From: Balanoglossus misakiensis
Lineage: Eukaryota > Animalia > Hemichordata
Direction of reading: 5' to 3'
NCBI GenBank assembly: GCA_040954595.2
Contig: CM082576.2
Span: forward strand, 19,577,028-19,641,027
Length of the DNA: 64,000 bases
Shown here in pieces: positions 51,703 to 64,000 of this stretch. Made by a program: the position numbers and the translations under genes. Within the stretch, counting starts at the first letter, position 1, and each line of letters begins with the position of its first letter. Below the pieces are notes generated by a model. That model saw nothing but the letters and a program-made list of their open reading frames with translations. It did not search any database and was not told the DNA's origin.

Positions 51703-54700
51703 CTGAATGTCAAATAGTTGAACATCATCAATGTGGGATTTGTTGTGATGTTGTTACTACTGTAGAATAACGCAGGTGGTTGTTGGACACTTTGCGGTCT
51801 GGTCGCGTGACTTTGCCTTGTTAGCCGCCATGCATGTTGAACGCAAATTATACCATGATGCACTGCAGTTACCCTATACGCGAATAGGTCTATGCATGAA
51901 CTCTTTGAATAAATTTGCTTCCACGATACAGATGTGATTATTTTTCACGTTGCCTCATGCATGTATGGAAAGATACAGGTAAATTCCCAGTTTTCTGATG
52001 GGCAACATTTCTACAGCTGTCTCGATTCTACTCTGGTAGTACTAAATAACTTACCGTTGGTACATGAGTAACATTATTACACCAAGCACTAACACAGCCG
52101 CTAAACCTCCCGCAACACCACCAATGATGACAGCTGTGTCAACGGAGGAATCTGTAAGAGTTTAAATATTTATATTTGTCACGGGGGCGATATGCTACGA
52201 TAAAAGCAAGACAACCATTCATTATGATGCTTAACTATTGTAAAATGGTTAGTTGACCAAAAATCTAGTTATACTGCAGATGTTGCAGTTTCACCATTTT
52301 CACAAATATTTTCAAGACAACGTAAACTGTAATCATGTAGATCAAACAAATGTGTAAACTTTAGTGAATATTGTTTTTCAATCTTGAGTTATTAAAAGAC
52401 AAAGAAATGTATACACACCTTTAACTTGCATTGGTATTCTCTGGCGGCAAGTTTCACCTTGATATTCATCAGTACATTCACAAACAGGATTGCCATCACT
52501 GTCCTTGATGCAAACAGCATTGTTTGAGCAGAACCCTTCACATTTATCTAGACACAAGAATAAAATCACATCACATTATTCTACCTGACGAACCATTTGT
52601 ATTAGACAAGAACTAAACCCACTTGCAGATTCATTTCTTACAAACGGAATGGAAGTTGTGTGCTGTCGAACGTTGATTCACTATATATCCACATGTACCG
52701 GGTGAATAACATAAACAGTGTCTTGTATCAAACATAATTAATGGAAAAAGGGCAGCAAGAGAGATACTAAATCAACAGTAGTTTCTACGTTTTAGCTGTA
52801 CATATTTCTGTTGACATTTCAGTTGTAGATAGTTACATACCTGTACAAGTTATTCCATCACCAGTGAAACCAGTTTTGCAAGTGCATTCATATCCTGGTA
52901 CAAGATTCCTGCAAGTGACATTTGGGTGACAGTCATCCAGACCAAGACGACATTCATGTGCATCTAGAAAACAAAAATTCTTGCAATGTCTTTAACTGAC
53001 CACCAAATAAAACTATGGGATCTTCATACATATCACCAGTTAAAGGTATACGGTCACCTATGGAAAATTAGCTATAGTTACCATGGCAAAAGGAGATCTA
53101 GCCAATCACAGATTTTCAGTGGGTGGCACATGCAAAAAATTATATAAAAATATTGGATCACACAACATATCAAATGATACTCTAAATAAAGAAGAAAATT
53201 TCTTATAATGAAGTGTTTGTGTCAGATTGAACAGTTAAGGTTGATCTCCACAAGCACTTCATGCATGTTATCAGTTCTATGATTATGAAAAATTTATTCC
53301 TACCATCACATTCTGTTTCATATAGGGCACCCTCTCTGCCTGTAGTGTAGCCAGTTGGGCATGGTTGACAAGCATCCTGGTTGAATTCAAAGTTATATGT
53401 TCCAACAGGGCATTTCTCACATCTATAGGACTCCTGATTCAAGTACCAACCAACATTGCAGTAAGCTGTTGATGGAATGGAAAAAGAGCATAGAATAAAA
53501 TTGGAGGACTATCATTATTTTGAACAACTGAGGCACAATAATACAACCTTCAGTTCAGTACAGTTGAGATACAACATGAAAAGTTGTATACATAATACTT
53601 ACAAACATTACAATCTTCACTTAAGGTTGAACCGACTGTTCTTGTGGTGAAGCCAAATGGGCACGGCATACAAGATGGCTGAAGTTCAGCATTTGATCGA
53701 TAGGTTCCCATGGGACACGACTCACAAGACCCATTGACACTAAGTTGGACTCCCACTGATTTACATACCTCTGTAATTGAGAAGATTAATTTTTTGATAT
53801 TCACGATTATCTGCTTTTCACTCACGTGAATTTGTTAAACTGTTGAATATGTTACATATCTGGCGGTTCTAAAGTAAAAACCTACTCGGAAAAAAGTTTA
53901 CTGGATGCCGAAATATTGCTTGCCTGTCACTTACAAATGATAACGCCATGGGTACGTCACATGGCCAGATCATGTGATTGATAGTCAAGAATAGCAAATA
54001 ACACAAGTACCTACCCTGACATTGTGACTCATCAGTAGCTCCTTCAACTAATGTAAGCATTCCCTTTGGGCAAGTATTACACACAAACTTTCCTTCTTCT
54101 GATTGCCAGAATCCAATGGGGCAGCTTTGGCACTGAGAAGTCCCGTTGTCAAAGTAGTGACCAACATCGCACCTCTCTGCAATAGACATCATTGTTGAAG
54201 AATTATTTTTTCAACCAAAGAGATGAACATTCCAATTGTCATTCTTTCCATATTGGATCACACCACAATAATTTGATATATACGTCACAATTCCCGGCAA
54301 GGGGTATGGGGTTTTATCGGGCCAGTGGCATGAGTGAGGCTAGACGCTAGTTTTGGAATACGGCTAGATACTAGGCTATGGCTGTGGACGAGGAGGAGAT
54401 ATTGCCTTCTGTTATACATACCAAAACACTGCAAGATGGATAATGATCTCTTTCCCCTGGTGACTCCATTATTTGGACAGGCATTGCATGCTGTTTGTCC
54501 TTCAAGGGGTTGATAATATCCAATTGCACAAGGATGGCACTGACTCAGCTCAGTGTCATGGTACGACCCTTCAGGACACAATACTGTGGAAATACAAAAT
54601 GTTGAAGGCAGATGTATACATTGTTCATGTACTGATCATTATGCATTAATGGTTTAAAACACAACTACAATTGTAACACACAGCATTCATTTTGGCCAGT

Positions 54701-57700
54701 TTTTCACTCTTGTGTCTACAAGTGGGATTGCAGTTGTGTGTGGTTGAATGTTGATTCACTATATATCCACATGTAGAATAACATTAACTGTGTCTTCTAT
54801 CAAACATAATTAATGGAAAAAGGGCAGCGAGAAAGAGACTTTGTCCCTCCTTGGTATGAGCATATCAAATCAATTATTTCCTTATATCACCTCTTGGTTG
54901 GGTTGTATTTACCACTCACACTTGTCTTTAATTTGTACACTGCGACTCACAACCACACTCGCAGCAATACGGCCCACCTAACAGGTCATATCAGGTGATA
55001 TAAACATATTAACATCTACACCTTTTTATAATATTAATTTTGGACACAGTTTTAATCCTTTCACCACCATGGTTCAGTCCAAACCAATTGTTTTCTATGG
55101 TAAGGTTTGACCTCTATAGAGGAAACTGGGAGTGAAAGGGTTAAAGTACATAACAACTGAGGAGTATAGGCACTCACCACATTCTTCTCCAACAAGAACA
55201 CTACCATTGGAACAGAATATTGTACTTTCAACTTGTAATGTCTCAGCGTCGACCGAATATTCAGCTGTATCAAAAGGACCATTCTTGACTGCATCTTCAA
55301 TAACTACAGCTGCAGCATCAGCAGAGCTAATGGATAAAACAACAGGCAAAAAATTCTTACATATGCCACATTACAATACCAACCAGAAGTGTGTACTGTA
55401 AACTGAATTGTTTTCACGACAGGAAATTTTCGCGATATTAAAAGAGGCGACTGTTACGTGAGGACGAATTTTCGAGTTCTCGTATTTCACTAACTGCATC
55501 ATTATCTCCAAAAACATTTTACACAACTTTTTATTTTAACGTTTTTTTGACCAGCACATGTTTTGCAGAAATTTACTGCTCGCGAAAATAACACGTTTTG
55601 CAGTATATTTCGAATGCATGAATCTTTAGAATACAGGATGCCGCAACATGAAGGAAGGTGGGCAGAAATGATGGGGTTGCCAAAAACTGAAAATGTTTGA
55701 GTGTTAAGACACAAAATAATTTGTTTTCACTTGCATGAATGGAATATTTTGCAATAATGCAAACACCAGCTGTATAGGGAATACAGAGCTGGTCCTCACA
55801 CAGCCTGGGATCAGTACCCTAGACATGTCACCAAAGTCATTTCAATAGAACAGAAGGGGAATGAAATACTCGAAAAATAACAATTACTACTCACGCATTG
55901 GTTGTGAAACTGAACTGAACCACAAGCTGAGTATCAGCCTGTCTCTTTCTTCGGTTTGAGGCGCCGCAGGTTATTTCAAGGTCATCAAAGTTGCATTCAC
56001 CGCCACAAATACCAAACAAATCATTCAGATAGTTGATAGTGTTCATAAAACTGATCCTCAATTGCTGGATGACACCATTGTTACATGTACCAGCCTGTGA
56101 ATTGTATGACACGCCACAATTCACTCCACGTTGAGTCTTCCCAGGAGCTGCAGTAGAACAATACAAACAAACAAATTTTGTTAAAGATGCAATTTTCAAT
56201 CTAGCGAACGATGTATTGACTTAGACTGCGAAACCGCTTAGCCAATCAGGAAAGTTACAGCTGCTTACCCAGAACAAAATATTAAGAAAATAGCTCAAAT
56301 GTACTGGAGCTTTATATTGGGGTAAGCAGATATGATGTTAACAAATTATCTACCTGTAATCACAACCTTGACATACTGTAAAGCAAGAATTTGCATTACT
56401 CATATTTCTCTTTTCATTTATAACTAAAAGAAAATTGTCTCAATGCTGGAATACCCCCTCTCACAACTCTCTCTCTCTTTGGAGAATTTTCTGAATGTGC
56501 ATGTGCAACCTGATTATATTTCTTTACTGATACCAAATCATTTTTTTCTCACCTGAACATCCAGGGAAGGTGAATTCCTCGTCTGGATTCTCAGGATTAA
56601 AAGATCCTTCACTATGGCAGAGATAGTAAGGTGCTGGCAGGCTTGCAAACTTGTATCCTGGTAAACAATCCACCTGACAGGACACACCCGACTCAAACTC
56701 ATTACAGATGGAAATACCTTTAACTGGTGGTGCTGGCTTTTCACAATCAAATGATGTAAAAGAAAGGAGAACACAGTTTATTTGTCTATATATACATTTT
56801 TAATTTTATTTCATCTATCATCCAACAGGCAAATACTACCCAAATGTCTGTGTCTCATATATCATCCAACAGGCAAATACTACCCAAATGTCCAGGTCTA
56901 GGTAACGAACCCACAACCCTAGCCACTAGGGCACAATGCCTCTTTTACCAGGTTCACACAGGGTAAAATTTGAGACACTATTTGCCAGTGCTAACCACAG
57001 AGCATTAATCCTTTGAGTCATGTTGTGTCCACACACACAAAGTTTATGTATGGGCGCTGAGGCTCGGCCCCATAGACAATGGGTTGCGGAGAGGTGTTAA
57101 TCCTTACACCGGCTCAGGTCTGGCTGGCAGAGCCGTCTAAAATCTGAGACGTTTCAGGACCACTTACACCGTCCACACATGTTTTTTTAAGACAGTATCA
57201 ATTCTGAGATGCTTCAGAACTGTCTTAATGGTGTATGTGTGACACCCATATTTATTACACAGTCAAATCTTTTAAACAGAACACCAACACATTAACATGT
57301 TTCTATGTAAAAGGGACTAGGAAAAGCTGTTGGTTGAAGAGAGGTTTCCCGATTAGACAGGGTTTGTTTTAGACGGGTTTGAGTGTCCTTGTATGTTCTG
57401 AATGATGTTGTTATAATTTTTGATAGTTACATAGGGACAAAAGTGATAATGATGCAATCATATTACTGTAAAACGGCAAATTTTCCCAAACTTCGGCAAA
57501 AAAGAAGAAGAAAATAAAGTCGCATAAAATGTTTTTCAGAGATAACAGAGTAGTTAGTAAAATACTAGAATGCGGAAATTTAATTCTCGTGTCACAGTTG
57601 CCTCTTTTGATATATTGCAAAATATTTTCTGTCACGAAAATGTCCCGTTTTACAGTATGTGACAAGACATAACAAGGGGTAGAGATGACAATTTGTCAAG

Positions 57701-60304
57701 ATATTAATTAATTTGTAAAGTTTATGTATGAATGATAAAAAAATTCACTCACGCAGTACATAGAGTAAAAAGTTGCACTGTGCATTGTTGCCAGCTGTAT
57801 CTGAAGCAACATAGCTGATCTGGTAGGTTCCCCAGGAAAAGGTGTCACCTGTAAGAACAAAATTATGCACATCATTACAGGCATGGGTGCTAAAGCCAAA
57901 ATAGCTTCCGTTTCTTGAATGTTTTTCATGATTTTCTTTTCAAACTTAGAATGGTCCATTTAAGTGAGCTATCTGGTGGGTATACACAGGCATATTATCA
58001 ACTCCTGATTGTGACTGTACATATAAACATGAACAAGATATGTATACTAAACAGATATGGTGCCGCACACGTTTATTCAACTGCCCATTGTAAGAGAACA
58101 CAACATTTGTGGTATGGGTATCCCCAGTAGTAGTGGAGAATATTAAGTACTTTACTGATTAAAGGCCTTGCTCAACAGTTGGTCAAATCTTTTGTTTCCA
58201 ATAAACAATTACGTGCAAACACAAATGCTTTCGAGTTTTAACTTCATTGTACTGCCCTGGGATCGAGGAAAGGGCCTATAAACATATGGTAATAGTATCA
58301 GCAATTGAGGCTTTAATACTTGGAAGCAAGATCATCTGTCGCACATAGGATGTGCTAGCCATATATGAGTAACGGCCACAAGAATAAACTGTACCAGTAT
58401 GCTTCATACTGACCATAATCTTAGGAAAGTTGTCTCAGCTTGTTGGTTTCTGTTTAGATCAACTCCCCACCCCACCCCGATAAAAAAAACTTAGTTAGTG
58501 TGAATGTTATATATTATCTATAATCAGAAATGATATTTTATAGGAAACTTACCCATTGTGTAGGTTTGTGTCACATTGGCAATGGCGACATAATCTGTAA
58601 ATATAGGCTCCTGCCATACTCCTGTTGTCAAGCTATTAGGACTAATTATACGGGTCGTATTGGGACAGTAAATGACTTCAGGAGCGTGTTTATCTGAAGA
58701 AAAAAAAATGAAAGAATAACAAATGTTTGTAAATTAAACAACTGGTCCACACCCCCTATGCATACACTGGTACATTTAGGTAAATGCACTACTAGATGTT
58801 AATATCTGTCACATATTCATGAGAAATCCAGATATTGTTAAGTGCTTGTTTTCTGATACATGTGAATAGACTAGATCACTGTCAAGAAACACTACAAGAT
58901 AGGACAGGAGTCATGAGATGGTATCCATAGGCATAATAACTGATATGATAAATTACACTCATGATAAGCCTAGTTCTTGGAACAGCAGAAACTGATGATG
59001 ATGATGGTGATGATGATGGTGGTGGTGGTGGTGGTGGTGATGATGATTATGATGATGATGATGGTGATGTTGGTTGTGAATAGTATCATTACATTCAGTG
59101 TTAAATACATGTACGGTAGAAACAAAAAGAGTGAGCGATACAGGCATGGGCAGATGATGATTCCCTATACTTCCTAAAGTAGGGAGATTGCAGGCTGTGT
59201 GATTGGAGTACAACACACAGCAGCTAGGGGCTGGTGAATGTACACAGGAAAAACTACTCAAAATTTCACACAGTTTTCCCTGGACAGACACAACATTACA
59301 AGGAGAGCTGTGTTAAAGTAAGGATTTAGGATTAATCAACTCTGTGAATATGACCCAATTTCTCCTCGTCAGATTATGCATAAAATTGTTTGATAGTAAT
59401 GAATAAGGCTATTTACCAACAGGTGTGCATGGTGAACCAGAGTAACCAATTGGGCACCTGGTACTTCCACAAGCTGATGGCTGGATTTTGACCACACTAC
59501 CCAATAACTCTTGATCCATTTCAACCCACATGACATGATTGCCAAGTGGACTTTGTGAACAGTTCAAAGCCAGACTCTGGATTTCAACAGGAGTCAATAC
59601 ATAATCGTATACATTCATCTGTGTAACATCACCATGGAAGCTAAAATAGTTGTCAAGGAGTCCATTTTCGTCATAGCTTTGACCAAGAATTACCATACAG
59701 CTGTTGAAAAACAAGAGAATAATGAATTCATTAAAAGTGCTGGTAAGAAGTTGTCAAAAATAAACTGTGAAAATCAGTATCGTTCCGCATAAGTTTGAAT
59801 TTGAAAGTGCCACGAAGATAGCTTTGCTGATGTCCATAGTTTGCTCCCTTGATTTTTTTGGCCAGTTTTGTTGTAAGTCGCAACATGTTATGATGATATT
59901 GTATTGTCATGTAGGAGTAAGACAAGCTACCTAGCAGATAAGTTATAAACAAGATAACTGCTTCACAAATAAATGGTTCACTTCTCTTGAGGCTTGGGAA
60001 AACTTGACAGTATAGGAAAATATAGAATTTTAACATGTGATGATGACAATTTTCTATGGCTTTGTAGGAGTTAAAAATGTCCGGAGTTCCACTAGCAACT
60101 TACTTTTCTGAGTCATCGATACCTGTCCAGGATGGAAGGGGTGATGTTACTGCAACACCATTCAAGTAAACTGCCACAATGCCTTCTTCAATTACCATGA
60201 CAACATTATGCCACGAGTTGTCATCTACTGATACGGTTACACCATTTGTACTGACAGATAGACTTCTGTCCAGGACAAGAAGGGTACTATCAACTTGGGT
60301 TAAG
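51438..60304 (-). CDS. 3' part (15 exons) of a large type-I transmembrane protein, uninflatable/SVEP1-like: pentraxin/LamG, HYR, sushi, SEA-like with RRKR, ephrin-receptor-like Cys repeats, 2 EGF, TM, NPxY tail
   Basis: Phase-compatible GT-AG exons with no internal stop: 60304-60104, 59700-59417, 58693-58553, 57848-57753, 56753-56553, 56147-55895, 55326-55178, 54583-54422, 54176-54015, 53770-53603, 53465-53304, 52963-52841, 52547-52419, 52151-52055, 51702-51438. Upstream exons not found in the window. Confidence 0.9.
52055..52151 (-). CDS. Exon: transmembrane helix
   Basis: TAVIIGGVAGGLAAVLVLGVIMLLMYQR|gtaag. Confidence 0.9.
52419..52547 (-). CDS. Exon: EGF-like domain
   Basis: DKCEGFCSNNAVCIKDSDGNPVCECTDEYQGETC. 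Confidence 0.9.
52841..52963 (-). CDS. Exon: EGF-like (calcium-binding type) domain
   Basis: DAHECRLGLDDCHPNVTCRNLVPGYECTCKTGFTGDGITCT. Confidence 0.92.
53304..54583 (-). CDS. Four exons of ephrin-receptor-like (GCC2/GCC3) Cys repeats
   Basis: 54583-54422, 54176-54015, 53770-53603, 53465-53304; each C..G.Y...C..CP.G.Y......C..CP.G..T...G......C. Confidence 0.92.
55178..55326 (-). CDS. Exon: linker into Cys-rich repeats
   Basis: SADAAAVVIEDAVKNG..FCSNGSVLVGEEC|gtgag. Confidence 0.85.
55396..55603. mobile_element. Tc1/pogo-type MITE in intron
   Basis: TA|CTGTAAACTGAATTGTTTTCACGA .. TCGCGAAAATAACACGTTTTGCAG|TA. Confidence 0.65.
55895..56147 (-). CDS. Exon: SEA-like region with furin-type RRKR site
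   Basis: CGGECNFDDLEITCGASNRRKRQAD; canonical splice sites. Confidence 0.85.
56553..56753 (-). CDS. Exon: sushi/CCP-like domain (acceptor reads CAT, not CAG)
   Basis: FDCEKPAPPVKGISIC..SCQVDCLPGYKF..YYLC..FPGCS|gtgag. Confidence 0.8.
57466..57655. mobile_element. Tc1/pogo-type MITE in intron
   Basis: TA|CTGTAAAACGGCAAATTTTC .. GAAAATGTCCCGTTTTACAG|TA (17 of 20 match). Confidence 0.8.
57753..57848 (-). CDS. Exon: HYR domain part 2
   Basis: GDTFSWGTYQISYVASDTAGNNAQCNFLLYV. Confidence 0.88.
58553..58693 (-). CDS. Exon: HYR domain part 1
   Basis: DKHAPEVIYCPNTT..WQEPIFTD. Confidence 0.85.
58993..59070. repeat. (GAT)n/(GGT)n microsatellite
   Basis: Direct reading; source of the spurious poly-His and poly-Met ORFs. 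Confidence 0.92.
59417..59700 (-). CDS. Exon: pentraxin part 2 plus EGF-like stub
   Basis: ILGQ..SFHGDVTQMNVYDYVLTPVEIQSLALNC..CPIGYSGSPC. Confidence 0.9.
60104..60304 (-). CDS. Exon: pentraxin/LamG part 1
   Basis: VDDNSWHNVVMV..VAVYLNG; cag| and |gtaagt. Confidence 0.85.
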
Positions 60305-60544
60305 CTGCCAAGAAATTCAAAACAGAGATTAGACATAAATCGGTGCATCAGCTGGTACTTTTGGGAAATTATCACACTTTTTTCAAACTGCACCACCTTT
60401 AGCCCATACAGAAGTATGCACTGAACTATGTACAAGTATTATGAACCCTAAGTATGAGTGCATATGCAAGTTTAAACCAGACAAATAATAAATCTTCGCC
60501 GCAAAGGAATATGGTCGCCACCGTGAGAAAATGCAACATACAAT

Positions 60545-62480
60545 TAAAGTTGCAAGCAGCGTTGGCGGGGCACAAGCGGTTCCCATGGTAACAAGCAAAT
60601 GCCAAGGCTGTATCTGCTGTGGATACCAAGATATTGGAAAGTAGGTCAAAGGTCACCAGAGGTCACCCCAAATTTGGGCAAAAAAATCGGACCCCATACT
60701 AGTCTAGGTCCAACAAAAACCAAACACCTAGCTCTATTGGTTCGCCTAGAATTAGGTATGCGCATAATTAATGAGGTCTTGTGTAAGACTCCATATCTGC
60801 TCCATCGGCCCTCCAAAAGTCAGGACTCTAACTGCTGTGGATGCTGAGATATGGGAAATTAGATCAAAGGTCATCCAAGGTCACCCAAAATTTGGGCATA
60901 AAATGTTGACCCCAGAGTGGGCCATGTCCAACTAAAACCAGACCTCTAGCCCTATTGGTTAGCCTGGAATTAGATATGCAGAAAAATGATGTTTTAGAAA
61001 TAGGTCAAGGGTCATTGCCAAAATTACCAAAATAGTTGTGTCATGTCCTGGCAGCATTGGTACCCATGTCCACAAAATTCATGACTGTGGTGCTTTTACA
61101 AGAGGAGGTATGGGGATATGCATATATAATTAGTTGTTTTAAAACTGGGTCAAAGGTCATGTCAAAATTGCCCCGAAAAATTGTAACAACTTCCGGTCAT
61201 ATGATGACTCATATCCAAAAAAAGAATTTACGTGCTGTCAACATTTTGGCTACAAAGCAGAATTTTCATTTTTCAATGGTTTTCCGAAAATCCAACATGG
61301 CCGCCATAATGATCGACCAATCACAGTGCGCTTCGCAAACTTGATAAAAATAGGTTAGGTGACCACATACCCCGAATCCTGTGACTCGGCAATCGCTGGT
61401 TCTGGAGAAGAAGATTTTTAAAGTTTTAAGTAGTTTTTCAGAAAAACAATTGTAGCAAAAAAACTTTATGTGTGACGTCATGATTTCAATGGGGTAAAAT
61501 GATGGACAGAAGGTAGGCTACCTGCACACCAAATTTGAACTCGATCGGCCCAGTAGTTTTTGAGAAGGACTCGTTTAACGATTGTCAGGAAATGCAATAT
61601 GGCCGCCAGGTCACGTGACTAATTAAATATTCACGAGCCACTGCACGTCTACTCATTGGCCCCTATCACCCTACCAAGTTTCAGCCCCCAAGGTGCAGCG
61701 GTTTTCCAGATCTACCTGGCCGAATTTCTCGGAAGAAGAAGAAGAAGAAGAAGAATTAAAGCTGCGAGCAGCATTGTTGGGCCCAAGCGCTGATCTTGAA
61801 TTATATATGCACAGTATGAATGAGAAGAAACAGAATTTTCTATCGGATGTATTATCTCATGACATAACAAGGATGTGTGTATTTTTGCTGCTGAAATAGG
61901 GTGAAGTAGGTCAAAGGTCACCTGAGGTCACCCAACATTTGGGCATTTTTTTTTTACCCATACTGGTCCATGTCCAACAAAAACCAAAACTCTAGCTCTA
62001 TTGGTTCGCCTGTAATTAGGTATGTGCATAATTAATGAGGTCAGCAGAGGTCAAAGGGGTCATGAAAAGTAGCAAAATATTTTGATCACACACTAATCCA
62101 CATTCATCAAAAACCAAACCTCTAGCCCTATAGGTTAGCCTGGAATTAGATATGCAGAAATAATAACGCGTGATAATTAGGTCAAAGGTCATGTGAAAAA
62201 TCGCCAAAAAATTGTTATATATTTTAGTCACATGACGATTGATATCCATAAAAAGAATTTGTATGCTATCAATTTTTGGACTAGAAAAAGGAATTTCAAT
62301 TTTTCTCTGTTTTTTACAAAATCCAATATGGCCGCCATAATCTTCGACCAATCACAATGCTCTTTGCAAACTTGATAGACATCAGTGTAGTGACCATACT
62401 CCCCGAATCTTGCGACTCAGTCATCGCTCGTTCTGGAGAAGAAGATTTTTGGAGTTTAACTATGGTTTTACAAAAAACAA
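60545..62480 (+). repeat. Two head-to-tail copies of a non-coding modular repeat (GGTCAAAGGTCA modules), separated by (GAA)n
   Basis: Both start TTAAAGYTGCRAGCAGC (60545, 61756) and share internal blocks (60640-60780 with 61905-62042; 61140-61420 with 62178-62450); related to the inverted ends at 21565-22745. Confidence 0.7.
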
Positions 62481-62484
62481 TAAA

Positions 62485-63750
62485 CCTGCTGTACCTCCGC
62501 ATGTCTCCACAAGAGCTAGGAGCTCAAAATCGGTCGGACGCAGACCAGCGGTCTGTCAGGTGTAGTAACCGTAACACCAATAAAGGTAGGTTTTCATTGA
62601 TTCTAATAGGTCTCCGTTCATCAACATTTCAAATATTCTCCATAATCCAGTAGTTGCCACTGTACTTGAATGAAATATTTCCTTTCAAACTTCCAAATGG
62701 TAACCGAATCTCAAATCGCAAATCTTTCCATTTTAATAACGAAGTCGGATGCCGAAATTACCAACTCACTTTTTCTATCGGACTCCATCATTCTAATACT
62801 TTACTTCAATGTTCAAAAATTGTGTAAAACAATATCCACTCTCAATCTATATTTCAGGTTTAACGGCGTAATGGCATCCCCGGCCTTTGCTCTATCATAG
62901 AGGCAAATGGTATTATCTCTTCCAGTGGAAAAGTTGCGGAGCTGTACGTATTCTCCCTTCTATAATCTGTTCAGCCACTTCGGATTTTCTTTCCAGAATT
63001 TAAGTTCCAGAACGTTGCCATCGTGCTGCATACAAGGCACGCTAAACAGTTTCCCGTTGGCGGAATTCCGGATCTCGACATCCTCCATGACGCGCAATTT
63101 CACAGCCATGCCTTGGCTGGTTGCAGATGATGGAGCTAAGGTACGTAACAATCGCACCCCGAAACGCCTGGGCCCTTTTTTGTGTGTAGTCATTGTGGGT
63201 ATGTTAACCTCCCATGTCCTTCATTTTTAGAAATTTAGTATACAAAACTGGATGACCGATTATGTTTTAGAGACCTTTCCCGAATCCACCTGAAGCCCAG
63301 TCGGAATGTCTTGGGATGTAACCTAAATTCAATATGGCCGCCTCCATGCGTTCACTTGCATTTAAAAAAAATAGGTTGATTTTATCGTCGATTAGCGGTG
63401 TTTATTCTCAGTATCAATTTAAACGCGGCACTCGCTCACAAGTCATATTCTAGAAAGAAAGAAAAAATGATAGTTTCGAGTACAGATTACATGTATTTTA
63501 AAACGAGGTTTGGTAACAATGGTATCACTACTAAATGACTTACAATCGATGTTTTTAATTGTCTTTGCACCACAGTATGAATCCGGTGATGGTAAATCGC
63601 ATTCAACTTAGAAGGCATGGAGAAAGCGCAACTGATGGTAACTGGGATGCCAAACTGAAACTTTTGGGAGAGAAAACCTTGCCATGTACGGACGTGGGTG
63701 TCACAGTTAAACTTGGGTTAAATACTACAGCGACAACCGAAGTCCCGTTG
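62485..63750 (+). pseudogene. Second copy of the OB-fold repeat with the first coding exon inverted
   Basis: 62485-62884 matches 6205-6600; 62885-63137 is the reverse complement of the exon; 63138-63350 resumes forward; 63576-63745 is a frameshifted version of exon 7203-7409. Confidence 0.8.
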
Positions 63751-64000
63751 AGATATGATATGTGGTAGTGCATGTCCACATGAGTGCCGTGTACTAGCCT
63801 CTCTCTCTGTAAATCCATCCAGGCTACTGCTTTCTGTACATTGGAGAGAAATGAGAACAAGATGGTTAAATCATATTTTGTATAAGTTGGTGTTGACGAA
63901 AATAAGATGCATGTGAATTGTAGGACTGAAATGTTTCTGTAATGAATACTAAATTAAAAGTTCACAACTTGCATGCAGATAGTAAGTGCTGGGGAAGTTG

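Noticed and set aside
58959-59291. Poly-His protein
   Set aside because: Translation of a GAT/GGT microsatellite inside an intron.

Overview
AT-rich eukaryotic (metazoan) genomic DNA with spliceosomal introns; the repeat and gene content suggests a marine invertebrate, but the host is not determinable from sequence alone. From left to right: (1) the 3' part of a chromodomain-bearing Ty3/Gypsy LTR retrotransposon (pol 2-3187, PPT, LTR 4213-4741); (2) a decayed spliced OB-fold (RPA/SSB-like) gene inside a dispersed repeat (6205-7410, second copy 62485-63750 with one exon inverted), joined to a GC-rich zinc-finger/TatD-like ORF remnant; (3) a full-length Mag/K02A2.6-type Gypsy on the minus strand (8825-13712, 204-bp LTRs, 1 mismatch, tRNA-Leu PBS); (4) a ~27-kb imperfect nested palindrome (arms ~15070-26235 and ~32545-42413) carrying pentraxin/lectin-like pseudo-exons and arm-specific MITE insertions; (5) a 37-unit 82-86-bp layered satellite (42421-45543) fused to half an LTR; (6) 15 phase-compatible exons of a minus-strand uninflatable/SVEP1-like transmembrane protein gene (60304-51438) with one broken splice acceptor. 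No prokaryotic system, CRISPR array, rRNA or tRNA gene is supported. All alignments and identity statements were made by eye.
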